A DNA stretch of 64,000 nucleotides from Vicinamibacteria bacterium (GTDB taxonomy: Bacteria > Acidobacteriota > Vicinamibacteria > Marinacidobacterales > Marinacidobacteraceae): contig OY729431.1 of NCBI GenBank assembly GCA_963422395.1, positions 1,952,001 through 2,016,000 of the forward strand, read 5' to 3'. The translations under genes were made by a program, and so were the position numbers. Under the pieces are notes generated by a model, which was not told where the DNA came from, made no database searches, and saw nothing but the letters and a program-made list of their open reading frames with translations. The stretch's first letter is position 1, and every line of letters begins with the position of its first letter. Shown here one piece after another: positions 19,902-33,803 of this stretch.

Positions 19902-19927
19902 CAGCCTGTGGGGCAACGAGAACGCTG

Positions 19928-21130
19928 TCAGGGGAGGTCCGTCAGCTCGCGCTGGATTTCCGCAGTGTGCTGTCCGCAAGTCGGCGGCGGAAGCACCGCA
20001 GTTCGCGGCGCGCCGTCGAACTGGACCGGGTTTCCGACCAGGCGCAGGGAACCCAACGCCGGATGCTCGCGCTCGACGAGCATCCCCCGAGCCCGTAGCT
20101 GGGGGCTCCCCAGGATTTCGGCGACGCTGCGTACCCGGCCGACCGGAACGCCGGCCTCGTCGAGCCGGGCTTCCCACTCCGCGACCGGGCGGGAACGGAA
20201 CACCGGCTCGAGGAGGGCGCGCAGCGCGGCGCGGCAGCGGACGCGGTCCGGATTCCGGGCGAACTCGGGCCGGTCGAGATCGGGCGCGGCAGCGGCGCAG
20301 AACCGCTTCCAGGTCGGGTCGTTCCCGACCCCCACGATCACCGGGCCGTCCGCAGCCTCGAAGGTTTCGTAGGGGGTCAGCGAGGGGTGGCTGTTTCCAC
20401 TGCGGACCGGCTCTTCGCCGGTGAGCAGGTACCCCTGGGCCTGGTAACAGAGGGTCGCCACCACCGAATCGAAGAGCGCCACATCCACCCGCCGGCCCCG
20501 GCCGTCGCGTTCGCGCGCGAACAGCGCGGCGAGGATCCCGCTGGCAGCCATCATCCCCGCGCAGATGTCCGCAAGCGAGGCTCCGATCTTGCTGGGCGGA
20601 CCTTCCGATGGTCCGGTGAGGCCCATCCAGCCCGCTTCCCCCTGCATGATCGCGTCGTACCCGGGCCGGGAGGCCAGCGGGCCGTACTGCCCGTAGGCGG
20701 AGACCGAACACCAGACGAGTCCGGGGCGAGCGGTGAGGACCCGCTCCGGACCGAAGCCCAGCCGCCCGAGCGTTCCGGGCCGGAAGTTCTCGACGAGCGC
20801 ATCGCTCGTTTCGAGGAGCCGCCAGAGCGCCGCCGACCCCGCTTCCGTCTTGAGATCGAGAGTCACACTCCGCTTGCCTCGGTTGACGGCGAGGAAGTAG
20901 GCGCTCTCGCCGCCGGCGAAGGGCGGCCCCCAGGAGCGGGTGTCGTCTCCGGCGGGCGGTTCGATCTTGAGGACTTCGGCGCCGAAGTCGGCCAGCATCA
21001 TCGTCGCGTAGGGGCCGGCGAGGACGCGGGTGAGGTCGAGGATCCGGACCCCGGCCAGCGGCCCCCCCGCAGGAGGAGCGCCCCCCGCAGGAGGAGCGGC
21101 CGCCGCGGTCGGCCCCGGTTCAGCAGGCAA
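19928..21130 (-). CDS. CoA-transferase family III (CaiB/BaiF)
   Basis: GPLAGVRILDLTRVLAGPY, NRGKRS..LDLK, ENFRPG, GYD. Confidence 0.93.
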   Translation of the reverse strand: MPAEPGPTAAAAPPAGGAPPAGGPLAGVRILDLTRVLAGPYATMMLADFGAEVLKIEPPAGDDTRSWGPPFAGGESAYFLAVNRGKRSVTLDLKTEAGSAALWRLLETSDALVENFRPGTLGRLGFGPERVLTARPGLVWCSVSAYGQYGPLASRPGYDAIMQGEAGWMGLTGPSEGPPSKIGASLADICAGMMAASGILAALFARERDGRGRRVDVALFDSVVATLCYQAQGYLLTGEEPVRSGNSHPSLTPYETFEAADGPVIVGVGNDPTWKRFCAAAAPDLDRPEFARNPDRVRCRAALRALLEPVFRSRPVAEWEARLDEAGVPVGRVRSVAEILGSPQLRARGMLVEREHPALGSLRLVGNPVQFDGAPRTAVLPPPTCGQHTAEIQRELTDLP

Positions 21131-21175
21131 CGAAGCAGTAGGCCGCGGCTTGCGGCGCCGGGGCCGGACCCGCAG

Positions 21176-22573
21176 TCAACGAAGCGCGGCCTCGGTGGCC
21201 GAGAGGGCGCGGTCGAGGACGGCGAGCGCGTCCACTGCATCCGAAATCCCGATGTTCAACGGCGGCGAAATCCTCACGCAGTTGCCGTGGAGGCCTGCCT
21301 TTCCGATCAGCAACCCTTCGTTCCGCGCGTTTTGCAGCAGGAGGGCGGCGAAGCGAGGGGCCGGCTCCTTGGTCGTCCGATCCTCGACGAACTCGATCGC
21401 CAGCATGAGGCCCTTGCCGCGAACATCTCCGATGGACGGATGCGCGGCGGCGAGGTCTTCGAGTCCGACGCGCAGGAAGGCTCCGACCTCGGCGGCGTTG
21501 GCCGCCAGCCGGTCCCGCTCGATCACTTCGATCACCGTGCGGGCCGCCGCCATGCTCACCGGATTGCCGCCGAAGGTGGAAAGCGTGTTGCCCTCGACCG
21601 CGTCCGCGACTTCGGCGGTGGCCACGGTGGCCCCCACCGGCACCCCGTTGCCGAGCCCCTTGGCGTAAGTAACGATGTCGGGATCGACATCCCAGTGGGA
21701 GATCCCGTTCAGGCTTCCCCCGGTGCGCCCCCAGCCGGTCTGCACTTCGTCGCAGATGAAGATGCCGCCGTAACGCCGCACGATCTCCACCGCCACCTCG
21801 AAGTATCCCGGCGGCGGGGTGATGAAACCGCCCACCCCCTGGATCGGTTCGGCGATGAAGCCGGCGATCCGTCCCGAGGTGGTGGTCTGGATCACCTCCT
21901 CGAGGTCGCGGGCGCAGCGCAGCTCGCAGGAGGGGTACTCGAGCCCGAACGGGCAGCGGTAGCAATAGGCGTTCGCCACATGCCGGATTCCGGCCGCCGG
22001 ACTCGGCCCGAGCCTCCATGAATGCTGGCCCGTCGCCCCCATGGTGAGACGGCTGCGCCCGCTGTAGCCGTGCCGCAGGGCGATGATCTCCGAACGGCCG
22101 GTGTGCAGTTCGGCGAGCAGCAGCGCCATCTCGTTCGCTTCGGTGCCCGAGTTCGTGAAGAAACTCTTCTCGCAGGCGCCGGGCGACACCCGGGCGAGTT
22201 GCTCCGCCACCTCCACCATCGGCTGGTTCGGAAAGAGCGTCGAGAAATGCTGGAGGGTGTCTCCCTGCTCCCGAACCGCCGCATTCACCGCCGGGTGACA
22301 GTGACCGAGCCCGACGGTGACGATCCCGCCGAAGAAATCGAGGTAGCGGTTCCCGTCCGCATCCCAGACATGCTTCCCCTGTCCCCGCACGATCGGCAGC
22401 GGCTCGTCGTAGAAGGTCTGGACCGCCGGGAAGACATAGCGGCGATGGGCTTCGCGGATCTCTTCCGCGCTCCAGCAGGAGCGGCGATCCACTCGGCGGT
22501 CTCCTCGGGCCGGGAGGTCGGCGGGCAGCGCCCCCTCGGCCATCCTCGTCGTTCCCCCGGCACTCTCACTCAT
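21176..22573 (-). CDS. Class III PLP-dependent aminotransferase
   Basis: YLDFFGG, NSGTEANE, AEPIQGVGG, DEVQTGWGRTG, AKGLGNG, TFGGNP. Confidence 0.92.
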   Translation of the reverse strand: MSESAGGTTRMAEGALPADLPARGDRRVDRRSCWSAEEIREAHRRYVFPAVQTFYDEPLPIVRGQGKHVWDADGNRYLDFFGGIVTVGLGHCHPAVNAAVREQGDTLQHFSTLFPNQPMVEVAEQLARVSPGACEKSFFTNSGTEANEMALLLAELHTGRSEIIALRHGYSGRSRLTMGATGQHSWRLGPSPAAGIRHVANAYCYRCPFGLEYPSCELRCARDLEEVIQTTTSGRIAGFIAEPIQGVGGFITPPPGYFEVAVEIVRRYGGIFICDEVQTGWGRTGGSLNGISHWDVDPDIVTYAKGLGNGVPVGATVATAEVADAVEGNTLSTFGGNPVSMAAARTVIEVIERDRLAANAAEVGAFLRVGLEDLAAAHPSIGDVRGKGLMLAIEFVEDRTTKEPAPRFAALLLQNARNEGLLIGKAGLHGNCVRISPPLNIGISDAVDALAVLDRALSATEAALR

Positions 22574-22595
22574 CCGCACATTCTCCCACCCCTAG

Positions 22596-22782
22596 CAGCC
22601 TGTGGATGAAGTAGCGCGAGCCCCAAGATCGGGGAGGCGCCCGGCTGACAAGGCGCGATTCGGGAGGCATACCGGGTGTATTCCGACGGAATCGCAACGC
22701 CGAGCCAAGCGTTCAGCCGGGGCCCCCACCGGGAGAACTGGGCATCTCCGGTCGACGGCCGTGTGACTTCGTCCACAGGCTG
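22596..22782 (+). mobile_element. MITE copy 1 (~187 bp)
   Basis: IRs CAGCCTGTGGATGAAGT...ACTTCGTCCACAGGCTG; preceded by CTAG; internal sequence shared with the copies at 26726 and 58979. Confidence 0.85.
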
Positions 22783-22799
22783 CTTACTGCTTTCCGAGG

Positions 22800-24896
22800 T
22801 CAGCGAAGCAGCGCGGCCTGCTGCAGCTCGCGGAGATGGTCCCGGAGCCGAGCCGCCCGCTCGAACTCCAGATCACGCGCCGCCTTCTTCATCTCCTTGC
22901 GCAGCCGGGACACTTCCCGCTCCAGGGCCCCGGCGTCTTCCGGCGGCGGTTCGAACAGACCCACCGCGCGGGCCCAATCCTCCTCTTCTTCCTTCGCCGC
23001 CGCCGCACCCGCGGATTTCCCGACGAGCGCCTCGGCCACCCCCTTGACGACGGTCTGCGGCACGATGCCGTGCTCTTCGTTGAACTCCTGCTGCACCTTC
23101 CGGCGCCGCCGGGTCTCGGCCAGAGCCCGCTCCATGGAGCCCGTTTCCCGGTCGGCGTAGAGGATGGCGCGGCCGGCGGCATTGCGCGCCGCTCGGCCCA
23201 TGGTCTGGATCAAGGCGCCTTCGGAGCGCAAGTAGCCCTCCTTGTCCGCATCCAGGATCGCCACCAGCGATACCTCGGGGAGATCGAGCCCTTCCCGCAA
23301 CAGGTTGATGCCGATCAGGACATCGAACTCTCCAAGCCGGAGCGCGCGCAGCAGCTCGACCCGTTCCAGGGTGTCGATGTCGGAGTGCAGGTAACGGCAG
23401 CGCACCCCGATTTCATGGTAGTACTCGGAAAGGTCTTCCGCCATGCGCTTGGTCAGGGTGGTCACCAGCACCCGCTCGCCGCGGGAGACGGTTTCGCGGA
23501 TCTCGGCGAGCAGGTCGTCCACCTGATTCCCTGCGGGGCGAACCTCCACCGCGGGGTCGAGGAGGCCGGTGGGACGGATGATCTGTTCCACCACCGCCCC
23601 GCCGGTCGCTTCGAGTTCGTAGGGCCCGGGCGTCGCCGACACCGAGATCGCCTGGCCCACCCGCAGCTCCCATTCCTCGAACGAGAGCGGCCGGTTGTCG
23701 AGCGCCGAAGGCAGCCGGAAACCGTGCTCGACGAGAGTCCGCTTCCGCGCCTGGTCTCCCGCGAACATGCCGCGGATCTGGGGATAGGTCTGATGGCTCT
23801 CGTCCACCACGATCACCGCGTCGGGCGGCAAGTAGTCCATCAGAGTGGGGGGAGGCTCTCCCGGGGCGCGTCCGGTGAAGTGCCGGGAATAGTTCTCGAT
23901 GCCGTGGCAATGGCCGGATTCGGCGAGCATGTCGAGGTCGAACAGCGTCCGCTGCTGGAGCCGCTGGGCTTCGAGCAGCTTCCCCTGCCGGACCAGCTTC
24001 GGATGGTGCTCCTCGAGTTCCTCCCGGATGGTGAGCAGCGCCCGGGCGAGATCCTCCTCGCGGGCCACATAGTGGGTTCTGGGGAAGAGCGTCGCCCGGC
24101 TCACCCGTTCCAGCTCCCGTCCGGTGAGAGGGTCGAAGCGGGCGATGCGCTCCACTTCGTCTCCGAACAGCCGTACCCGAAGTCCGAGATCCTCGTAGCC
24201 GGGAACGAGCTCCACGGTATCTCCGCGCACCCGGAACCGGCCGCGTTCGAGCGACACATCGTTCCGTTCGTATTGCATTTCGACGAGCTTCCGTAGAAGC
24301 GCCTGGCGAGAGGGGAACTCGGCACCCTCCTCGAACACGAGCAGCATCCCGTAATAGGCATCGGGAGAGCCGAGCCCGTAGATGCAGGAAACGCTGGCCA
24401 CGATCAACACATCGCGGCGCTCGAACAGCGAGCGCGTCGCGGAGAGCCGCAGCCGATCGATCTCATCGTTGATCGTCGCCTCCTTCTCGATATAGGTATC
24501 ACTCGCCGCCACATACGCCTCGGGCTGGTAGTAGTCGTAGTAGCTGACGAAGTACTCGACGGCGTTTTCGGGGAAGAAGCTCCGGAATTCCTGGTAGAGC
24601 TGGGCCGCGAGCGTCTTGTTGTGGGCGATCACCAGCGCCGGCCGGTTCACCGCCTCGATCACCCGGGCCACACTGAAGGTCTTGCCCGAGCCGGTGACTC
24701 CGAGCAGGACCTGGTTGGGATCGCCCCGCACCAGCCCCTCGATGAGCTCCGAGGTGGCGCGCTGCTGGTCGCCGCGCGGCTCGAAGTCGCTGACTAAGCG
24801 GAATGGGCTTTCCGTCCTCGGCCCGGGAAGTCCCGGCCGGGCGTAGGGGGCCGCTCGTTCGGCCGGCCCGGAGAACCGGTGCGGAACCGTCGGCAT
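22800..24896 (-). CDS. uvrB: Excinuclease ABC subunit B
   Basis: [52 protein letters not shown]-terminal UVR domain. Confidence 0.98.
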   Translation of the reverse strand: MPTVPHRFSGPAERAAPYARPGLPGPRTESPFRLVSDFEPRGDQQRATSELIEGLVRGDPNQVLLGVTGSGKTFSVARVIEAVNRPALVIAHNKTLAAQLYQEFRSFFPENAVEYFVSYYDYYQPEAYVAASDTYIEKEATINDEIDRLRLSATRSLFERRDVLIVASVSCIYGLGSPDAYYGMLLVFEEGAEFPSRQALLRKLVEMQYERNDVSLERGRFRVRGDTVELVPGYEDLGLRVRLFGDEVERIARFDPLTGRELERVSRATLFPRTHYVAREEDLARALLTIREELEEHHPKLVRQGKLLEAQRLQQRTLFDLDMLAESGHCHGIENYSRHFTGRAPGEPPPTLMDYLPPDAVIVVDESHQTYPQIRGMFAGDQARKRTLVEHGFRLPSALDNRPLSFEEWELRVGQAISVSATPGPYELEATGGAVVEQIIRPTGLLDPAVEVRPAGNQVDDLLAEIRETVSRGERVLVTTLTKRMAEDLSEYYHEIGVRCRYLHSDIDTLERVELLRALRLGEFDVLIGINLLREGLDLPEVSLVAILDADKEGYLRSEGALIQTMGRAARNAAGRAILYADRETGSMERALAETRRRRKVQQEFNEEHGIVPQTVVKGVAEALVGKSAGAAAAKEEEEDWARAVGLFEPPPEDAGALEREVSRLRKEMKKAARDLEFERAARLRDHLRELQQAALLR

Positions 24897-24926
24897 CCGC
24901 CGGCCCGGATCCGTTCTGGCCGCGGG

Positions 24927-26327
24927 TCAGCCGCCCGCGCGCAGGCCGCCGGCAGAGGAGCCGCCGGCAGGGGAGTCGCTGGCCGCGGACTGCAGCGGCT
25001 CCGGTGCCGCGGGGCCGCAGTCTTCGGCTGCGAGCCCCCGCAAACCCAGCACCCGAACCAGGGTCTCGTGAACCGTGATGTCCGGGGTCGAGGCGCCCGA
25101 GGTCACTCCGATCCGCACCGGACCGCGGGGCAGCCAGCCGCGCCGCATCGCCTGCCCCGCGCCGTTCCCCGATCCGCCGGTCGGTCGAAAACGGATCTCC
25201 TCGCCAGAAACCAGACACTCGGGTCCCGCGATGTGGTAGCTCGGCACGCTCTGCTCACAGATCTCGGCGAGATGAGCGGTGTTCGAAGAGTTGAAACCAC
25301 CGATCACCAGGACCAGGTCCAGATCCTCCTCGAGTAGATCCACGACGGCGTCCTGGCGCTCCTGGGTGGCGCTGCAGATCGTGTCGAAGGAGCGGAACCG
25401 CGAAGCGATCGCTTCGGTTCCGTAACGACGCTCCATGGAGTCCCGGAGAACCCGCGCGATCTCCAGCGACTCGCTGCCGAGCATCGTGGTCTGGTTCGCC
25501 AGCCCGATCCGGCCGAGCCCGGAGTCGGGATCGAAACCGGGAGAACAGGCAGCGGCGAAACGGCGCAGGAACGCCTCCCGGTCCGGAAGTGCGCCGCCGG
25601 CGCGCTCCCGGCTCCGGCCATCCTCGAGGCGGCAACCGGCCTCGAGGTAGCGGCAGACTTCGAGCGCCTCGGCCATGTCCCGAATCACCAGATACTGCCC
25701 GGCGCGGGACACGGTGGCCCGCGTCTCCTCGTGGTCGTACTTGCCGTGCACGACCGCAGTGAAACCGTCTCGCCGGTAACGGTCCACATTCTTCCAGACA
25801 TTCATCACCGAGCCGCAGGTGGTATCCACCAGGATCGCGGCCTTTCGCCGCAGCACCTCCAGCTCGCCGGTGGCCACTCCGAAGGCCGGCAGCAGCACCA
25901 CATCTTCTGGACCTACGTCCGCGAACTTCTCGTCGGTGGAAGGGGAATCCGGCAGAAAACGGATCCCGAATTCGGCGAGGCGGCGGTTCACATAGGGGTT
26001 GTGGATGATCTCCCCGGTCAGGAAGATGCGCCGCTCGGGAAACCGCAGCCGGGTCTCGTAGGCATACTCGATGGCCCGGTCCACGCCGTAGCAGAACCCG
26101 AACTCGCGGGCGACGAGGAAGACGATCTCTCCAGCCCGGATCCGATAGTCGTGCTCTCGGGCGAAACGGATCAGGTCACCTCGATAGTCCTCCGACAGCG
26201 GCCCGAGGATCTGTTTCCGGAGGCCGAAACCGCGGCGGTAGTGGATGCCCGCCCCGGGCGCCGCCTCCTCTGCCGGCGGGCCGGGAGCGGCCTTCGCGGT
26301 CCCGGCCGGAGACTTCACGGAGGGCAC
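24927..26327 (-). CDS. ispH: 4-hydroxy-3-methylbut-2-enyl diphosphate reductase (long form)
   Basis: FGFCYGV.RA, EIIHNP, VDTTC, HGK..HEET, NQTTM, DTICSATQERQ, GGFNSSNT, TSGASTPD. Confidence 0.93.
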   Translation of the reverse strand: MPSVKSPAGTAKAAPGPPAEEAAPGAGIHYRRGFGLRKQILGPLSEDYRGDLIRFAREHDYRIRAGEIVFLVAREFGFCYGVDRAIEYAYETRLRFPERRIFLTGEIIHNPYVNRRLAEFGIRFLPDSPSTDEKFADVGPEDVVLLPAFGVATGELEVLRRKAAILVDTTCGSVMNVWKNVDRYRRDGFTAVVHGKYDHEETRATVSRAGQYLVIRDMAEALEVCRYLEAGCRLEDGRSRERAGGALPDREAFLRRFAAACSPGFDPDSGLGRIGLANQTTMLGSESLEIARVLRDSMERRYGTEAIASRFRSFDTICSATQERQDAVVDLLEEDLDLVLVIGGFNSSNTAHLAEICEQSVPSYHIAGPECLVSGEEIRFRPTGGSGNGAGQAMRRGWLPRGPVRIGVTSGASTPDITVHETLVRVLGLRGLAAEDCGPAAPEPLQSAASDSPAGGSSAGGLRAGG

Positions 26328-26353
26328 GCCCTGAATGATACCCTCCCGCTGTC

Positions 26354-26704
26354 ATGCAGGATGTTCTGATCACCGGGCCCAGAAAACGCCAGCCGCGAAT
26401 CCTCGCCTATGTGGACGCGGGCAAGTGTTTCGGCCGCGGCTGCGAAATGTGTATCGCCGTGTGCCCGGTCGAGGACTGCATCACCCTCGCGCCCGACCCC
26501 GAGCCTCGCTCGGTGGGGCAGGTCTGCGAGGTGAATGTGGAGACCTGCATCGGGTGCCAGTTGTGCGCGAAGTTCTGCCCGCCCGACTACGACGCCATCC
26601 ACATGTTCCCCTACTCCGAGGGGATGCGGCTGGCCGAGGAGCGCGACCGGACCTACGAGTACCGCCAGTACCGCAAGAAGCCGGGCGAAGCCCTCGCAAA
26701 GTAG
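26354..26704 (+). CDS. 4Fe-4S dicluster ferredoxin
   Basis: CFGRGCEMCIAVCP and CIGCQLCAKFCP. Confidence 0.85.
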   Translation: MQDVLITGPRKRQPRILAYVDAGKCFGRGCEMCIAVCPVEDCITLAPDPEPRSVGQVCEVNVETCIGCQLCAKFCPPDYDAIHMFPYSEGMRLAEERDRTYEYRQYRKKPGEALAK

Positions 26705-26725
26705 CCCCTCGCAAAGAGGCGTTAG

Positions 26726-26909
26726 CAGTCTGTGGATAAGGTGGCGCGAGCCCCAAGATCGGGGAGGCGCCCGGCTGACAAGGCGCGATTCGGGAGGCAT
26801 ACCGGGAGTATTCCGACGGAATCGCAACACCGAGCGAAGCGTTCAGGCGGGGCCCCCACCGGGAAGACTGGGCATCGGGCTCGCGTGAACAACCTACCGC
26901 AAGGTCACA
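26726..26909 (+). mobile_element. MITE copy 2, chimeric: the last 40 bp are an IS481 left end
   Basis: Left IR CAGTCTGTGGATAAGGT plus MITE body; the reverse complement of 26870-26909 matches 18865-18904 at 38/40. Confidence 0.85.
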
Positions 26910-27087
26910 GCTAGGCAGCGAGTTCGGATTCGCGCTGCGGTCGGCCGCCGCTTTCTGGTAGCATTTGCGGTCCTTTCCAGCTTGAATCCGGCCATGGTCG
27001 AAAACATGACCGTCAACACAACCGACAAGGAATCTCCGCTCCCGTTGCTTGGGGACCGCTGATTTGTCCGACGCTGAGCTTCCCCGC

Positions 27088-29283
27088 GTGAACGGCAGGG
27101 AAGCGAACGTAGCGGAACCGCGAGCGGCGCTTGGAAGTGCGAACGGAGCGCCGGAAAACGGAAGGGACCGCGGCGAAGGCGCCGAATCGGAAGGCGCTCC
27201 GGCGCTTTCCGTCTCCGAGCTGAGGGATGCCTACCGGGTGATGCTCGCTGCCCGGGAGGTGGACTTCCGGGAGATCGCGCTGAAGCGCCAGAACAAGGCC
27301 TTCTTCCAGATCAGCTCCATCGGGCACGAGGCGGTGACCGCCGCCGCCGGAACGCTGCTTCGACCCGAGACCGACTGGATCTACAGCTACTACCGGGATC
27401 GCGCGCTCGCCATCCGGCTGGGAATCACCCCGACGGAACAGCTGGCGGCGTCCTGGGGTGCGGCGGCCGATCCGTCCTCGGGAGGACGGCAGATGCCCTC
27501 CCACTTCTGCAAGCCAGGCACCGGACTCACCGTGCATTCGAGCTGTGTGGGCACCCAATACCTGCATGCGGTCGGAACCGCCTTCGCCGAGCGGTACCTG
27601 AGCCGCTGCCGGATTCCCGAGCTGCCGGCAGCGCCGGACGGCGACGGAGTCGTGCTGGTGTGCGGCGGCGAGGGCTCCACGAGCGAGGGGGAATTCTGGG
27701 AAGCCCTGAACACCGCTTCGCTCCGGCGCCTCCCGGTGCTGTTCCTCATCGAGGACAACGGCTATGCGATCTCCGTCCCGGTCGAGCATCAGACCGCGGG
27801 CGGGGCGATCGCTCCGCTGGTGCGCGGCTTCCCCGGCCTCGAGGTGCTGGAATGCGACGGGTGCGACTACGAGGAGTCCTGGCGGACCCTGTCGGCAGCC
27901 TTCGAACATGTCAGGTCCGGCGCCGGGCCGGCGCTCGTGCAGGCCCGCGTGGTCCGCTACGAGTCCCATTCCCTCTCCGACGACGACCGGGCTTACAAAT
28001 CCGCCGCCGAGCTCGAAGCGGAGCGGGCGCGGGACCCGCTCCTGAAGCTTCGCGACCGTCTCACCGCCTCGGGAGCCGCCACCGGGGAAGAGCTCGACGA
28101 GCTCGGGAAGCGCACGCAGACGGAGGTCGCCGCGGCCGCGGCCGCGGCCCTGGCCCTGCCCTGGGCAGAGCCGGACACCATCTTCGACCACCTCTACAGC
28201 CCGGATGTGGACCCCTGTTCCCGGGACTTCGAGACCGAACCACAGTTCGAAGAGGGTTCGAAGCCGGGCACGATGGTGGACCTCATCAACGCCGCGCTGC
28301 GTTCCGAGCTGGCCCGCGACCCCCGCGTGGTGGTCTTCGGGCAGGATGTGGCAGACGCGAGCCGCGAAGAGATACTGCGCGAGGTCGAAGGCAAGGGCGG
28401 CGTCTTCAAGGTGAGTCACGGGCTGCAGCGCGAGTTCGGGTCGGAGCGGGTGTTCAACACCCCGCTCGCCGAAGCCACGATCGTGGGGATGGGCACCGGA
28501 ATGGCGACGCGCGGGCTCCGCCCCGTCGCCGAGATCCAGTTCCTCGACTACATCTGGCCGGCGTACATGCAGATCCGCAGCGAGCTCGCCAGCTTGCGCT
28601 GGCGCGCCAACGGGGCCTTCGACGCGCCGCTGGTGATCCGCGTCCCGGTGGGCGGTTACCTGACCGGCGGCGGGATGTACCACAGCCAATCGGCAGAGGT
28701 CCTCTTCACCCACCTGCCCGGATTGCGGGTGGTGATGCCGTCCACCGCGCTCGACGCCGCCGGCCTTCTCCGGACCGCCATCCGTTCCGACGATCCGGTC
28801 ATGTTCCTCGAACACAAACACCTCTACCGGCAGGCCTACAACAAGAGTCCCGACCCGGGGCCCGACTTCATGATTCCGTTCGGCAAGGCGCGCCTGGTGC
28901 GTCCGGGCGAGGATCTCACCCTGATCACTTACGGAGCACTCGTCCACCGGTCGGAACTCGCCGCCCGAAAGGCGGCTGCCGACGGCATTTCGGTGGAGAT
29001 CCTGGACCTGCGCTCTCTCGCCCCCTACGACTGGAACGCGATCCGGGAGAGCGTGCGGCGGACGAACCGGGCGCTCGTCGCCTACGAGGACACCCGCAGC
29101 TTCGGCTACGGAGCTGAGATCGCCGCCCGAATCGCCGAGGAACTCTTCGAGGATCTCGACGCACCGGTTCGCCGGGTCGCCGCCCGCGACACTTGGGTCG
29201 CGTACAACCCGGGCCTCGAACGGGCCATCCTGCCGCAGCCGGAAGATCTCGAAAGCGCGATCCGCCAGCTCGCCGATTACTGA
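27088..29283 (+). CDS. 2-oxoacid dehydrogenase E1, fused alpha/beta subunits (branched-chain-like)
   Basis: [28 protein letters not shown] (TPP motif), [23 protein letters not shown]; start uncertain. Confidence 0.92.
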   Translation: MNGREANVAEPRAALGSANGAPENGRDRGEGAESEGAPALSVSELRDAYRVMLAAREVDFREIALKRQNKAFFQISSIGHEAVTAAAGTLLRPETDWIYSYYRDRALAIRLGITPTEQLAASWGAAADPSSGGRQMPSHFCKPGTGLTVHSSCVGTQYLHAVGTAFAERYLSRCRIPELPAAPDGDGVVLVCGGEGSTSEGEFWEALNTASLRRLPVLFLIEDNGYAISVPVEHQTAGGAIAPLVRGFPGLEVLECDGCDYEESWRTLSAAFEHVRSGAGPALVQARVVRYESHSLSDDDRAYKSAAELEAERARDPLLKLRDRLTASGAATGEELDELGKRTQTEVAAAAAAALALPWAEPDTIFDHLYSPDVDPCSRDFETEPQFEEGSKPGTMVDLINAALRSELARDPRVVVFGQDVADASREEILREVEGKGGVFKVSHGLQREFGSERVFNTPLAEATIVGMGTGMATRGLRPVAEIQFLDYIWPAYMQIRSELASLRWRANGAFDAPLVIRVPVGGYLTGGGMYHSQSAEVLFTHLPGLRVVMPSTALDAAGLLRTAIRSDDPVMFLEHKHLYRQAYNKSPDPGPDFMIPFGKARLVRPGEDLTLITYGALVHRSELAARKAAADGISVEILDLRSLAPYDWNAIRESVRRTNRALVAYEDTRSFGYGAEIAARIAEELFEDLDAPVRRVAARDTWVAYNPGLERAILPQPEDLESAIRQLADY

Positions 29284-29391
29284 AGATCAGCCGCCGCCGG
29301 CGACGACCTGGGTCGGTTCCTCCTGACCGCCGATGGCGAAATCCTTCCCCCGCGAAACCCCGGCGCGGTCTGCTCTTTCCACGGGCTGCTG

Positions 29392-30612
29392 ATGTCGGTC
29401 CAGGTCTTTCAGAGCCCTGCTGCGCAAATCGAGCCGTTTCCGGCGAGCCCGGACACGAACCCCCTGAGCGTCCTCTCGGAAGACGAGCGGCTTCACTTCG
29501 CCGCAGTGCAGGAAGTGGCCGAGGGGGTGGTGGCCCCGCAGTCACGCGGCATGGAGGAGGAGGGCTGCATCACAGCGGAACTCGTGCGCTCTCTCGTGGA
29601 CTACGGGTTCTTCGGGGTCGTGGTGCCGGAACAGCTCGGCGGGAGCGGCCTCGGCTTTTTCGAAGTGGTGCTGACGGTCGAGGGACTCGCGCGCGCCGAT
29701 GCGGCCGTGGCGTTGCTCGTGGATGTCCACTGCACGATGGTGGCGGGAGCGATCAACCGCTTCGGCCGCAGAAGCCAGCGGCAGCGACTGCTGCCGGCGC
29801 TCGCCGCCGGCCGGATCGGCTCGTTCGCGCTGTCGGAGGCGCACGCGGGAAGCGACGCATTCGCGCTTCGGACCACGGCCCGGCCGGCGAAGGGCGGATT
29901 CGTACTGAACGGCTCGAAGGCGTGGGTCTCGGGGGGCCGGGAAGCCGGCCTCTTCTTGGTCTTCGCCCGACTCGCCGCCGAAGAAGAGCAGCCGGCAGCG
30001 AACCCCGGCGGCATCACGGCGTTTCTGGTGGACCGCGAGACTCCGGGCCTGACCGTCGGACCCGGCGAGAAAAAGGTCGGCCTCCGCGCATCGAGCACTA
30101 CTCCGCTCTTCCTCGAGAATGTCTTCGTCCCTGCCGAACAGGTGCTCGGCGGCATCGGAGAAGGGCGGCAGCTCGCGCTTTCCCTGCTGAACGAGGGGCG
30201 GATCGGGATCGCGGCCCAGCTGGTCGGCGTCGGGCAGGCAGCGCTCGAACTCGCCGCTTCCTACGCCAGACAGCGCGAAGCGTTCGGCAGGCCGATCGGG
30301 AAGAACCAGGCGGTCGCGTTCGCGCTCGCCGAGGCCGCCACCCAGGTCGAAACCGCCCGGCTGCTGACCTGGAACGCGGCGCGCCTCGCCGATCAGGGAA
30401 ACGAAACCCGCTACGCCGCAGCGATGGCCAAGCTGACCGCACAGCGGATGGCGGAATCGGTGACCTCGCTCGCCATCGAAATCCACGGCGGCGTCGGGTA
30501 CACGACGGACTGTCTCGCCGAGAAGCTCTGGCGAGACGCGAAGGCGGGGACCATCTACGAGGGCACCGAGAACATGCAGCTGACGACCATCGCCCACGGC
30601 CTCGACCTGTAG
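29392..30612 (+). CDS. Acyl-CoA dehydrogenase (short/branched-chain type)
   Basis: [46 protein letters not shown]. Confidence 0.93.
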   Translation: MSVQVFQSPAAQIEPFPASPDTNPLSVLSEDERLHFAAVQEVAEGVVAPQSRGMEEEGCITAELVRSLVDYGFFGVVVPEQLGGSGLGFFEVVLTVEGLARADAAVALLVDVHCTMVAGAINRFGRRSQRQRLLPALAAGRIGSFALSEAHAGSDAFALRTTARPAKGGFVLNGSKAWVSGGREAGLFLVFARLAAEEEQPAANPGGITAFLVDRETPGLTVGPGEKKVGLRASSTTPLFLENVFVPAEQVLGGIGEGRQLALSLLNEGRIGIAAQLVGVGQAALELAASYARQREAFGRPIGKNQAVAFALAEAATQVETARLLTWNAARLADQGNETRYAAAMAKLTAQRMAESVTSLAIEIHGGVGYTTDCLAEKLWRDAKAGTIYEGTENMQLTTIAHGLDL

Positions 30613-30655
30613 CTGTAGCGCGGTCTGCGCTTCCTCCCGTCCAGCCCGGCCCGCC

Positions 30656-33799
<3,144 letters not shown>

Positions 33800-33803
33800 G
33801 CAC

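Noticed and set aside
22570-22776. Small ORFs over the MITE copies (also 26732-26914 and 58985-59287)
   Set aside because: Frames are not conserved among the three copies, so the element is non-coding.
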